From Octopus sinensis (taxonomy: Eukaryota): 64,000 nucleotides of DNA. The notes beneath the pieces are model-generated. The model saw only the letters and a program-made list of their open reading frames with translations, was not told the DNA's origin and searched no databases. Position numbers and translations under genes: made by a program. The stretch covers positions 65,100,001 through 65,164,000 of the forward strand of contig NC_043009.1 in the NCBI RefSeq assembly GCF_006345805.1. Reading direction: 5' to 3'. The stretch's first letter is position 1. Each line of letters opens with the position of its first letter. This document shows, one piece after another, positions 52,117 through 64,000 of the stretch.

Positions 52117-53440
52117 ATTTTTTTATGTTTTCATTAGTCACTTATGTCCTTAGTTCACCCAAAATCCTTTTGGTCAATCGGACTCCAAATATTAATAATG
52201 TTTGGCTAGTTTTCTTTCTCTTTCCAATACAGAAGGCTCTGTAACCCCATCCCATGTTAATACAAATAGCAATGACTGCCATATCATACTTCAGAGAAAC
52301 GAAGTATGACAGATGTATTTTCTTACAGGTGGCGACTGTCTGTTGTGTTGAAGGTATTTAAGAATTTCTTGCTCTTGAAGTGAACCGAGAGAACCATCAA
52401 ATTTAGATATTATAAGCTTATTGATATTTCATGCCTGAGTTTCAGTATAGTTTATTTTACGCTAAAAATCCTGTTTTTCGTTGTCTCATGTGCCCATGTG
52501 CAACCTACTCAGTAGACTTGTCTATATTTTGTTTATGCTATTTTTTTACATTTGTTCATTAGAGAGGGATCCGTGCCATATTTTATTGCACCTTTCCAAG
52601 TCAAAGCTAATGAGCTTGATCATAGACAAATCCTGTTTCTGATTTCCGTGCTCGTAAATTTGAACGAGATAATGAAGAGCTTTTCTCTCTGCTGGAGATG
52701 TTGCTTCGGGATACAATCCGGGTCATCAAACAATGCAGCTATGTAAATTTATATGTATGGCTAATCAGGTATATATTAATTACTGTTATAATTGCAAATG
52801 ATGTTGGGTCAGAGTTGGCAGAAGAAATTTAGAAGGCAACAATCAGTGTTCGATGCTTACCTGTCAACCTCACGAAAAAGACGTATCTACAGAAATGAGT
52901 TTGGTCATTTTATATACATCCGAGTCAAAAGCGTGCATACGTGATGCGTACATGTAGCTGAAAATACAAATACAACAACGGTAATCTAATCTGTACCACT
53001 CATATACATATATACTCCCTATACATACATCCATACACACATGCATACATACATACGTACATATATATATACATACATAATACATACATGCACACATGCA
53101 TGCATACATGCATACATGCATGCATACATATATGTATACAAACATATATACATACATACGTACACGCATATATATATATATTATATATATATACTTAAAT
53201 ACGAACTAGGAGCATCTCGAGGTATAGCAACAAAATCGAACACACATACACAAGATGTATGTGTTGTTAGTTCGTGGTTCGGCTGCGTTTTGGACCTGAT
53301 GTAAGTTGTCTCATTGGAATATGACTTACTTCCACGTGTTTTTAACAACACTAGGCACATTGAAAATATGTCCTCTTACGCCTAAAATGCCACCGACCCA
53401 CTAACAAACAACACACTCAACTTGTGCATGTGTATTCGAA

Positions 53441-53512
<72 letters not shown>

Positions 53513-53516
53513 TAAA

Positions 53517-54008
53517 TGTAAGGACAAGCAAGTTAGGCAAGTCGATATATAAAAAATATTAAATACATCTAATACAAAAAAAATGTACATATGTTTACAT
53601 ATAAAATGGTCCGAGTTACACAGAATATAAATAATATCAAGAATTAAAAAGGTGGAATATGTGTTTTACGAGTTCGACAGCTGTTTCTGGGGCCTTAGTG
53701 GGCCAAAATAATGATTGTAAGTTGATTCCATCTTTAACTTACTCCATTCTATCAACACCTCAAATGTAAAATTCTTCCCTGAAGGTGGAGGCTGGTATTA
53801 TCCGATGAGGGAATCAATTTATTTTGGATCACTACGCCCCCAGGTACAGCTGTTGGACTCGTAAAACCCTTATTCAACCTTTTTAATTCTTGATATTTCA
53901 ATTCTATGTAAGTCGGACCTTTATATATGTAAACATATGTAAATTTCTGTGCATTAAGTGTATTTAATATTTTTTGCATATCGACTTGCTTTACTTGTTC
54001 GTCCTTAC
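53517..54008. mobile_element. Old head-to-head inverted PLE pseudo-LTR pair (arms ~200 bp)
   Basis: 53517-53717 is the inverse of 53814-54008 (visibly diverged). HHR remnants: CTGAAGG at 53779 and GAAACAGCTGTC on the minus strand of the left arm. Confidence 0.65.
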
Positions 54009-54664
54009 TTTCTCAAGTTAAATCTCTTGAGCACTAAGAAATACTCCAAATTGAGAGAATGGAGCAGGTAAAATCCAGACTTCATATGTTTCCTAGCAGA
54101 ACCTCGGAAGTAAGAATTACTTAACGAGGGGAACTCCACGTGGGAAAAACCTACAAGCGTCTATTCCAATAGACTACTACTTTATACCTACCACAGTTTG
54201 CTTGAAACCCACTAACTTTCTACACCAGGATCCTTGGATCTTACAATTACATATTATATATATATATATATATATATGGAGAGAGAGAGAGAGAAGTTAT
54301 GAGAGGTAATGGTGTCAGGTAATGCTGAGTAAGTGCTATAGATAGACCATAGTTAAGCTCCAGGTTCGGTGATTATGTGAATAAGGAGTCCAACTTAGGT
54401 TATGTATATATGCGTATGTATATATATATAATGTTTTTTTCAGAATGAGATAAAAAACCAAGGCTGTGAAGATTTTAGAACATTTATAAATGGAAGGTCT
54501 TACAGCTGTTTCCAGGATAATTATTATATCCCTTCAACGGAGGCGCAAGTAGAATTAATAATGGAGAAACGAAAATAAAACTTTGGAAACAGCCTAATGA
54601 GAGATAATTGAGAAAGACTTGAAAGTGAACGTATGATTGTAATTACATAAAGTAAAGTAAATAT

Positions 54665-54845
54665 AACAAATAATCCAGAATCCTTGTCCGGTACCGGATC
54701 AATCCCAAAATGTGCCAGCCGCGAGGCTAAGCATCCCTGAAAGTTTCACCCGAATCCATCAAGCGGTTCGTGAGATATCTTGTCCACAGACAAACAAAGT
54801 AGGCTGAAAACAATACCTCCGCCTTCCCTAAGGTGGAGCTAAAAC
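54665..54845 (+). mobile_element. Helitron/Helentron-like non-autonomous fragment
   Basis: AAAGTTTCACCCGAATCCATCAAGCGGTTCGTGAGATATC..ACAGACAAACAAA..AACAATACCTCCGCC..GGTGGAG terminal hairpin layout. Family call is by recognition only. Confidence 0.5.
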
Positions 54846-54899
54846 ACTAACAAGTAGTAAAAGCAATACACTTCTCATATAAACACACGACATCAGGAA

Positions 54900-56490
54900 G
54901 TGTAGAATTTACAGAATAAAAAGCAAAAACCTTTAGAAAAAGAATTAGAAGACTTTGCTTCAACCGATTCCTCTAATCAATAGCTGATAGTCAAAGTTTA
55001 GATCGGCCAAAATCCTGAAATCTAAATGAAGCGAAACACAAACAGGCTTTGTTAAAGTGATCAGAAGGTATGGCAATTTTGGAGCCGATTCATACTGCCA
55101 TTGCAAAGTCTTTTGAGGAACAAATAAACATTGAATCAGAGTCTGCATTTAGTGAAGGATGACTTAGGAACTTCAAGTCTCATCATGTTATGGTAGTTTG
55201 ATATCACCGAACAAAAATTGGCCGGCTGGTACACAAGCATCAATAAAATATAATAAATCTACAAAAAATTGTAAATGAGTTTGATCTTTCAGCCAATCAA
55301 AATTTAAAATGGTGATAAAACAGGGGTTTATAGGAAGTATTTACAAGATAAATCTTTGGCCGGAAACCAAGAACAAAATGCTAACAATGTTTAAGACTAA
55401 TAAAGAATTAACCGTTCTGACATGTGCCAATAATTCATGTCTATAACGAAAGTTAACGTTTTGGTAATTGGCACATTTAAGTGCACACGGCCTTTTAACA
55501 AAATTGTAGACTTGCGTGGGGTTTGCAAAACTCAAGAAAGTGCTTGACTGGAGAAAAAGAAACAATTTTCATGATTTCTTACTTCATACTTTTGTTGCAC
55601 TCGTTCGTCAGAGCTTATGACTTTGAAGAAGCCTGAAAAAAGAAGGGTCTGCTATTCCTGGATATCGGTGGAACACACCCACATGAATGAAACTCACCGT
55701 CTGATTGTAGCAGTATTTGTGCATGCGATTTGCTATGAAACATAATAGACCCTGACTCAATCCATGTTTCACTCACTGGGAACTCTAAATGTCATTATTT
55801 TTATAACGAGAATTACAACATTATACAGCTTTTACGTTCAAAAGGACTTGTGACTTCATGGTAAATAGGCAAGCCTGAAATATTTTTAAAAAACTTGGCC
55901 AAGTTATGCACGAACATTAAGATTTAGAGTGTGATGAAGATGAAGATTTTTGAAGGATTCCATAGAATGTAGAGGATATCAGAAATGCAAGAACTGGTGG
56001 AACCTGTTCACAATTATATCTACAAGACAGTCTTCGATGCAAATATTATTTTGCTGGCTTAGAAGAGTGGATACGGACCCAAGATTATGTTGAAGTTGCA
56101 ACCATTTTCACTGATCGAGAAATCATTCAATTTCTTAGAAAATAGAACAGAGTTGTTCAGAAAATCTGGTGTGTATTAGGCAACAAAGTTGAGGAAAACA
56201 TATTTTAGACAATTGCAGAAAAATGCATTGAAAGATATTTTAAAGACAATATTATACACCGAGAGAAGATATACTGGGCTATAGGAAAGAACAACGAAAC
56301 GGTCAATAAGTATGTAGAAGAGAATCATAGATTCAGTTTACGATCTTTTATGCTTGAACACTTGACTGAGAACAATGTTATCACAAATATATTACAAAGT
56401 CGAAAACAAGATAATGTACCAAAATATTTCAAGAAAGCCAGAGAAACGCTAAGGAGTGCAGCAGATGCACTAAAAGCTCCGAGGTTATAA
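54900..56490 (+). pseudogene. Decayed pogo/Tigger (CENP-B-like DDE) transposase
   Basis: FSEG*LRNFKSHH, NGDKTGVYRKYLQDKSLA, VLVIG and an acidic DEDEDFEGF tail; many stops; TIRs not identified. Confidence 0.8.
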
Positions 56491-56932
56491 ACAAGAACCA
56501 ACACAATTCGTGCAAATGAACGAATTTTTATTTGTTTTTTTTTATTTCGTATTTTATATTTTGCATTTCGTTAATATGCTAAAAATAAATAATCGATTTG
56601 TATAGAATAGCATCTGTTTTCATTTGCTTATTAGATTATTTTTAAAAAATGTTCATTTTTAAATAGGATTTCAAACTTCACAAACACATTCTTTCGTTGT
56701 AATAAATATTTGTTTTCAATTTTTTTGTGAAGTGTTCAATTAATTTTCCTTTAAAATTGCTTATTTTGATGAATAAAGTAGGCCGCCGTTCTTCCTGATG
56801 AATGATTTAAGCAAGTTTAACAGGACACCGCTTCTTAACTTCTCCTTAATTCCATTATAGCGTTATATTTGAAATTTAAAAATGCTGCTCGAGAATAAGG
56901 CAAAAATTTAAAGATAAGGTGAGACCCAAGAT

Positions 56933-56934
<2 letters not shown>

Positions 56935-57000
<66 letters not shown>

Positions 57001-57012
57001 ACACACACACAT

Positions 57013-57047
<35 letters not shown>

Positions 57048-57487
57048 TATATAGAAGGCAGTTATGAGTGTGCGTATCAACTTTAGAACTTAAAAATACC
57101 AAAGGGGGATAAAGTTAGATATTTTACATTTTGCAACTGTTTATGTTATGTATAGGAAACTCTATCGTATGTAAATGCACGCACACACACACATAAATAC
57201 TTGCATGTCTACACATACATATATACATACATACATGCATGCATGCATACATGCATACATAAATACATGCATACATACATACATGCATACATACATGCAT
57301 ATATACATATATACATACATATATGCATATATACATACATACATACATACATGTATACATACACGCATACATAGATACAAACATAAATGCATGCATGCAT
57401 ACATACAAACATACATACATACAGGCATACATACAAACATATATGCATAGATACATGCATACATACATACATGTATATGTATATGTA

Positions 57488-57530
<43 letters not shown>

Positions 57531-57560
57531 ATATATTATATATACATGCATACATGCACA
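56935..57560. repeat. (CA)n and (TACA)n/(TA)n tracts
   Basis: Directly visible. Confidence 0.9.
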
Positions 57561-57564
57561 CATA

Positions 57565-58105
57565 GTGGCTGCCCCCTCGTTATCGAGTAAGGCCATTGCA
57601 CAAAGCTTAATCAATGTTGTTATCGTGCAATGCCTGTGCAAGAAGATTTTTTTTAAAGTGAGTGCACTAAGTCAATCCCACTCACTAAGCAACAGCAGCC
57701 ATAATCCGAAAAGAAGAACAAGTCAACATCATCGGTAACCACTGAGCCGCAGGTTTTATGTCGGAGTTATCCAAGTTATCTGAGTTACCTTCTCCTAGAA
57801 GGATGCCCTAACAAAAGCTAGGAACCCTTCACTCCAAATGGTTTAACCGCACGATCGGGTATTCAGTCCGATTATTTTTATGTCCCCGCGCATGATACAG
57901 CCTTAAGGCATTTATTGGATGGCCGTTGACTCTCAAGAGTTCCTCCACCCTTTGACGGGTTTTGTTTTACATCCCGCAGGGTGACCAATAAATACCCTCA
58001 TCACCAAGCAAGCTTGGTGGGGTTGCCGGTTTTGTCGCCGACGACGCGACGATGCAACAGGTTGTACTGGGTTACATGTTACCAGTAGCACTCGAAAGTG
58101 ACCTG
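57565..58105 (-). mobile_element. ~541-bp RTE-like non-autonomous retroelement, copy 2
   Basis: Reverse complement of 40673-41221 end to end; (ATGT)n on both sides. Confidence 0.7.
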
Positions 58106-58214
58106 ACATACATACATGCATCCATCCATACATGCATACATACATACATACATGCATACATACATACATACATACATACAAACATAAGTACATACATATA
58201 TATATATACATACG

Positions 58215-58480
58215 TGGAGGCACAATGGCCTAGTGGTTTCGATTCCCAGACCGGGCGTTGTGAGTGTTTATTGAGCGAAAACACCTAAAAGCTCCACGAG
58301 GCTCCTGCAGGGGGTGGTGATCCCTGCTGTACTCTTTCACCACTCTTTCTTCCACTCTTTCTTCTGTTGGCCTGCTCGCTTAGCCAGTGGGGTGGCGTCA
58401 TTCGAAGGCTAAAACAATGCGAACGCATTGTGACCAGCGATGTGTAACTGCATCTGATGGACTGGTCGATGATGGTGATA
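58215..58480 (+). mobile_element. SINE family D with a deletion between the A and B boxes
   Basis: GGCCTAGTGGTT is fused to TCGATTCCC; shares its body with 29004-29291. Confidence 0.8.
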
Positions 58481-58493
58481 TATACATACATTC

Positions 58494-59030
58494 ATACGAC
58501 TCTGAGACAGCAATAGTCGTCACAGTGGACGAGGCCTTCATCTTCCTGACCGAAGAAGTCACGACAGAAGCCACAACTCAATGAAGTGCATGTTCATTGT
58601 TTTTGTCGTCACCCGCGGTGTTGTACATCGAGACTTGGTCCCCAGGGTCAGACTGTAAATCGAGAGTTCTACTGTGACGTTTTGAAGCGTCTGGGGGAGG
58701 TCATTCAGCGAAAAATCGGATTCTTCACGACGATAATGCATCCTTTTCTACACTGGACACAAGTCCCGAAATTTTTAAGCGAGTGATGGTGCCATTCTGT
58801 TAGATCGACTCCAGTGCGCAAATGGTACTTAAGTTATTGACCCCGAAAGGATGAAAGGCATCCTGACACTGAGCTCTCGTCACACATGAGTTTCTCCCCC
58901 AAAACAATATGGTATTACTTCCACATCCGCCCTATTCTTCAGATTTAGCATCTGCAGACTTCCATCCCTTATCCAAGATGAAAGATGCAGCTGAAAAGTC
59001 ACCGTTTTAACACTGTTCTCGAGCTGTTGT
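58494..59030 (+). pseudogene. Mariner catalytic-domain fragment interrupted by a SINE-A piece (58795-58862)
   Basis: YDSET..SSQW, KCMFIVF, VPQGQTVNREFYCDVLKRL, ILHDDNA and LPHPPYSSDLASADF. Confidence 0.85.
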
Positions 59031-59369
59031 AATACTGCTTCCGTATATATAATTAATATATTTACACAAAGACACAAATGTACTCGTACGTACATAAAAA
59101 CGAATCGCCGTAAACATTGTAGAAATTCGGCAAAGAAATGAATTTTCGGGATGTAGCCTGGAGGGTTTTTTTGTAGTAATCGTTTGGACTTTGTGAACAC
59201 ATACCAATTGTTTTTATAACATTTTTAACGCTTTGAATTAAATGTGACCATTTTGCGTTGAGTCTGCAGTTTGAATCACTTTAACCAAATTTTAGCAGGC
59301 CGGTTTTGATCATCACGATACATCGCCAGCGACTCCCTGAAACTCTTCCCTGAAATCCCCGTTGAGAAA

Positions 59370-59848
59370 TCTATATATATAAAACTCAACTTGTGTGTCT
59401 GTGTGTGTATCTGTGTTTGTGTCTGTGTGTTTAACTTTTGGATCTACCAAGTTTCATTATTAAGGATGGAAAGTAGTGTGTAGCAAATCTTTATATATAA
59501 AGCTGAAGTTGTCTGTGTGTGGCAGGTTTGGTAGCCTTCAACTAATACTATCTCCTTCGAGATCCTGCAGCGCAAGTTGACCAAAATTGAGAGTATGATA
59601 GAAGAAGGCTTGCTTTTCATTCTGTAGAAGATAAAATTAAAATCGGACCATGTTAACACAAAAAATTATTTACATCAAAAAGGTGCTTTTTTTCTATGAA
59701 AATCCCTATTTTTACTGCTGTGTCACCATTTTTCGGTGTATTTCAACTGGAAAAATGTTCACTTGAAGAGAATAACAAGTTGTATAATGCAAAAATTCAA
59801 ATTCTAAAGGGTCGAAACAAACCCAAGCAACACCGGGTGATACTGCTA

Positions 59849-59849
<1 letters not shown>
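59370..59849 (+). mobile_element. Non-autonomous Helitron with two 5' termini (nested or composite)
   Basis: A|TCTATATATATAAAACTC at 59370, a second A|TCTTTATATATAAAGC at 59488, hairpin CCCAAGCAACACCGGG, and CTAG|T at 59846-59850. Confidence 0.85.
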
Positions 59850-59850
<1 letters not shown>

Positions 59851-59896
<46 letters not shown>

Positions 59897-60539
59897 AAGT
59901 ATAGTATAAATATTGATATGGATGTATATATATGTATATAAATATATATGTGTGTGTAGTATGTGCAAAAGGTGTGTTCAGTTCTCTATGTGTATTACTG
60001 TTCCTCCGTAGCGAGTGAGCACGCGGACTCAAGTGTCGAGCAGGAGTAAGACACAGACATAAACACAGACACGCGCGCACACGCTCACACACACACACAC
60101 ACACACACACGCGCGCGCAGTCACACACACACACACTCACGCACACCCCCTCCACAGATAACCCACATACAAACATACACCAAAAAAAGAGAGAAAATGA
60201 AAATAAGAATCTTGCTATAATATATGTCTGTGTGTGTGTATATATATATACATATATATATATGTATGTATATATATATATATGTATATATATTTGTATG
60301 TATGTGTGTGTGAATATATACTTTTATATGTATGTGTGTATATATATATATATATATATGAATGTGTATATATGTATATATATATATATTTATATCTAAG
60401 TGTGTGAGTACATATATATATATATATGTATAGATGTATGTCTGGTATATATATATGTATATATATATATATATATTTGTTTGTTGTGGGAATGTATACA
60501 TTTATATGTATGTGTATGTGTGTATATATGCATGTGTGA

Positions 60540-60607
<68 letters not shown>

Positions 60608-60970
60608 TGTATGTATGTGTGTGTGTGTAAGGAGCCAGGTAAACAGAAATTTATCGACAGACACAAACAACGAGATAATTAAGACAACCAGCTGGCCAGC
60701 GAACTCCGTAGGTGGTTAGGTGGCTACAGAGTGAGATAGAGCCGACCAATGAGACAGCCAGGCATGGCCATATATGTATGTGTATGCGTGTGTGTGGTGT
60801 GTGTGTGTGTGCGTGCGCGCGTGTTTGTGTATGCGTGTGTATTTGTGTGTGGGTGTGTGTGTATGTTTTTTATATATATATATGTATATATCATATATAT
60901 ATATATTATATATATATATTATCTATCTATCTATCTATCTATCTAATCTATCTATCTATATCTATCTATC

Positions 60971-61002
<32 letters not shown>

Positions 61003-61106
61003 CATATATACATATATATATATATGTGTGTATGTGTTTGTATGTATATATGTACGTACGTATATATTAATATAAAGATATGTATGCATTTATATATATA
61101 TATACA

Positions 61107-61142
<36 letters not shown>

Positions 61143-61537
61143 CACACAAACAAGTGTAAACAGACACACACACACACACACACACACCACGCACACACAA
61201 ACACAAATACACACGCACGCACACACATACGGTTACGTGTGTAAACAAATTTCCATAACTTTCTTGCAAGTACCAGTTGGGAATACGGTTTCTAGTTTTG
61301 CATTTCATTTCTGTTTGTTTTGAACCCCTCCTTTCCTATCTTCTTTCCCAAACAGCACCTGTACGTACAGCATCCTTCCCAATAACGTTTATCTCTTCAT
61401 ATTTGTGTGCTGTGCCTTTATGTGTGTACATACGAACGTACGTACGCATGCGTGCTTGTGTACATACAAGCTGCATATGTACGCGTGTGCATGTTGTTGA
61501 ATATATATATATATATGTATATATATATATTATATAT

Positions 61538-61588
<51 letters not shown>

Positions 61589-61592
61589 GTAT

Positions 61593-61662
<70 letters not shown>

Positions 61663-61733
61663 ATATATATTATATTATTATATATATATACATAATATAC
61701 ATATATATATATGTATGTATATATATTATATAT

Positions 61734-61764
<31 letters not shown>

Positions 61765-62010
61765 GATATATATATATATATTATATAATATATATATATA
61801 TATATTATTATATATATATATACATATATACTATATATGTTGTATATATATATATATGTTTGTGTGTATATGAATACAAATGTATATATATTCATTTGCA
61901 TGTGTATATAATTGTATATGCATGTATGTATATACAAACTTTTCGATATATACACAAGCACACACCGGTACACCTATGTATGTGTGTGTTTGTGTGTGTG
62001 TGTGTGTGTG
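59851..62010. repeat. Large (TA)n/(TG)n/(CA)n microsatellite field
   Basis: Directly visible. Confidence 0.9.
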
Positions 62011-62683
62011 CTATTATTCCATTTTTATTATAATAACCAGATAAGAGCTTTTCTAGTTTCCCCACCCTTTTAAATTCTTAAATAGTATCTTAGAACTATA
62101 ATTGCAAAACGGGGGAAAAAAACAACAACGGAAGAACAAAAGAAAATATAAGCAAGATTAAAAGCCCACCATCACCACCACTACCACCACCACCACCACT
62201 AATAATACTAACACAACCGACAACAATCAGCAACTATAACCGCCACCACTGCCGCCGCCGTCATGTCACCACTACCACCGCCACCACCACCACCACCACC
62301 ATCACCACTGCCGCCACCACCACCATAACTATTAACAACAATCACAATCACAACAGCAAGGGGAAAGGGGAAGAAAAAGAAATGTGCAACAAAAGACAAA
62401 AACATTCGACAAAAGAAAAGAAAAAAATGGTAATCGACAAGAATATGAATATATAAATATATATAATGTAGAGAAAAGATGCATAAAATATGATGAGATG
62501 ATTACGACGACGACGGCGATGACGATGATGATGATGAATATGATGATTGTTGTGATATTGAAGGTGAGTGATAGATACGACTATATTAATAGCGACAACA
62601 GCAAAACAGGCATCCGGCAATATTATTTACGAAAGCCAGAACTAGTAATATTAATAACAGTAATAATAATAATAATAATAATA

Positions 62684-62835
62684 CCGTCACTTAGCGGTTC
62701 GGAAAAAAGAGACTAATAGAATAAGTACTGGGCTTACAAAAAGAATAAGTCCCGGGGTCGAGTTGCTCGACTAAAGGCGGTGCTCCAGCATGGCCGCAGT
62801 CAAATGACTGAAACAAGTAAAAGAGTAAAAGAGAG
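62684..62835 (+). mobile_element. SINE family B, 3' fragment
   Basis: Near-identical to 36690-36833. Confidence 0.9.
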
Positions 62836-62859
62836 TATACCGTGGTTAGTGTTAATAAT

Positions 62860-63231
62860 ATTAATCGTACCAGGATGAGTCAAAAGATTCTTGTATTTCA
62901 AGCGATAACCAAATAATCAAACAAATTACATACGTAAAATGTTTATATCCTGTCGTATTCTAGTGTCTGTTGCCATTGTTCTTGTGCCAGAATCTCAATT
63001 CCTCGTTTATACCATTTGGCTGGTTTACAAACAAAAACCCACCTGCACCCGTTTTTAACCTCATCCATATAGGAATGAGAACCCAAGTTCGAAATTTCCC
63101 CAAGACACCTGATGAAGGCTGGAGGGTATATCAGCCGAAATGTTGTGTTAACAACAAACAAGATGAGGAAAAATATCAGTCAAATGTAAATAGTGTATAT
63201 AATTCCTCATCTCCAAAATATAGAACTACAT
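62860..63231 (+). mobile_element. PLE pseudo-LTR fragment
   Basis: Contains a canonical-core HHR and abuts a truncated mariner. Confidence 0.6.
63104..63149 (+). ncRNA. Type-I hammerhead ribozyme, canonical core with an extra A after A9
   Basis: GACAC-CUGAUGA-A-GGCUGG(agggtata)UCAGCC-GAAA-UG-UU-GUGUU; stem III AUGU (ACGU with C->T); GUU triplet. Confidence 0.7.
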
Positions 63232-63960
63232 TGGCAGTGTTTGCTGAGACGTTGTCATGTTGTCGAAGTGCGGGTCTTCGATTGAGCAATGCCAGATAGC
63301 AGGTTTTCAAAGCATCATATACCCGCCGCAGTTGTTATGCATAACGGTTAACGTTCACAGCATGACCGTCTGGGTCAAACTCATAGTGTAACACCGCATC
63401 GCGATTCCACCAAACGCATAACATGACCTTCGATTCAAAATACCCTCGCTTGACAACTGGTTCTGAAGCCTGGTTGGAACGAAGCCACTGATTTTCCTTC
63501 TTAGGATTACAAAAACAGATCCATTTTACATCTTCAGTTGCAATTCGACGCCACAAGCGGACATCACGATGATTTGCTCGCAGTTTGCAAATATCCACAC
63601 GTCGTCGACGTTGGTCATTGGTCAGTTCATGAAGGAACATCTCGACAGCGTCTGTTCACAAGGCCGAGATTATGGCCGTGGCGATTAATGGGGCTTTGTG
63701 AAGGATCAAGTTCTGCTGACAATGTACGAGTGTTTGTGCTTGACTGTTGGTCAACCGTTTCAAGGAAGCCCCATTTCTACAATAGAAGGTCTTCCTGAAC
63801 TTGGTTTATCTTTGAGGTTAGTGTCACCTTCCTTGAAGCGTGTGAACCAGGTTCGGGCCATCCAGATAGTTAATTCTTAGACTCAGTCTTTGTCCTGCGG
63901 GTTGCGTAAAATGGCTCTCATCACAATTATTTCACCGTTCAATATTAAAAGCTGTAAAAT
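63232..63960 (-). pseudogene. Mariner transposase fragment
   Basis: WFTRFKEGDTNLKDKPSSGRPS, (VP)HELT, RIATEDVKW, KVMLCVWWN and RQHDN. Confidence 0.9.
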
Positions 63961-64000
63961 AAAGAATAAACAATTAATGTTTATGTGTTACATATATGTA

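Overview
AT-rich, repeat-saturated eukaryotic genomic DNA. It is very likely from an octopus (coleoid cephalopod), judged from recognisable octopus-type tRNA-derived SINEs and the extreme (TA)n/(CA)n/(ATGT)n/(AAT)n content; this is recognition, not a database search. No host protein-coding gene can be supported, and almost all ORFs in the track are translations of microsatellites. The non-microsatellite DNA is mostly decayed mobile elements: several SINE families, R4/Dong-type RLE non-LTR fragments, two copies of a ~545-bp RTE-like non-autonomous element, mariner, rosa/DD41D-like Tc1 and pogo/Tigger transposase relics, hAT MITEs, Helitrons, and many Penelope-like element (PLE) remnants. The most notable signal is a dense set of minimal type-I hammerhead ribozyme (HHR) motifs in the PLE pseudo-LTRs. 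About 9 are well formed or nearly so and about 4 are degenerate, from at least 5 unrelated sequence families. Most have a palindromic stem III (dimer type), and they show three different Watson-Crick pairs at core positions 3:8 (C:G, U:A and G:C). Most sit in head-to-head inverted repeats, and one forms a ~615-nt tandem unit that could yield a retrozyme-like RNA. All folds were derived by eye, and coordinates of decayed elements are approximate.
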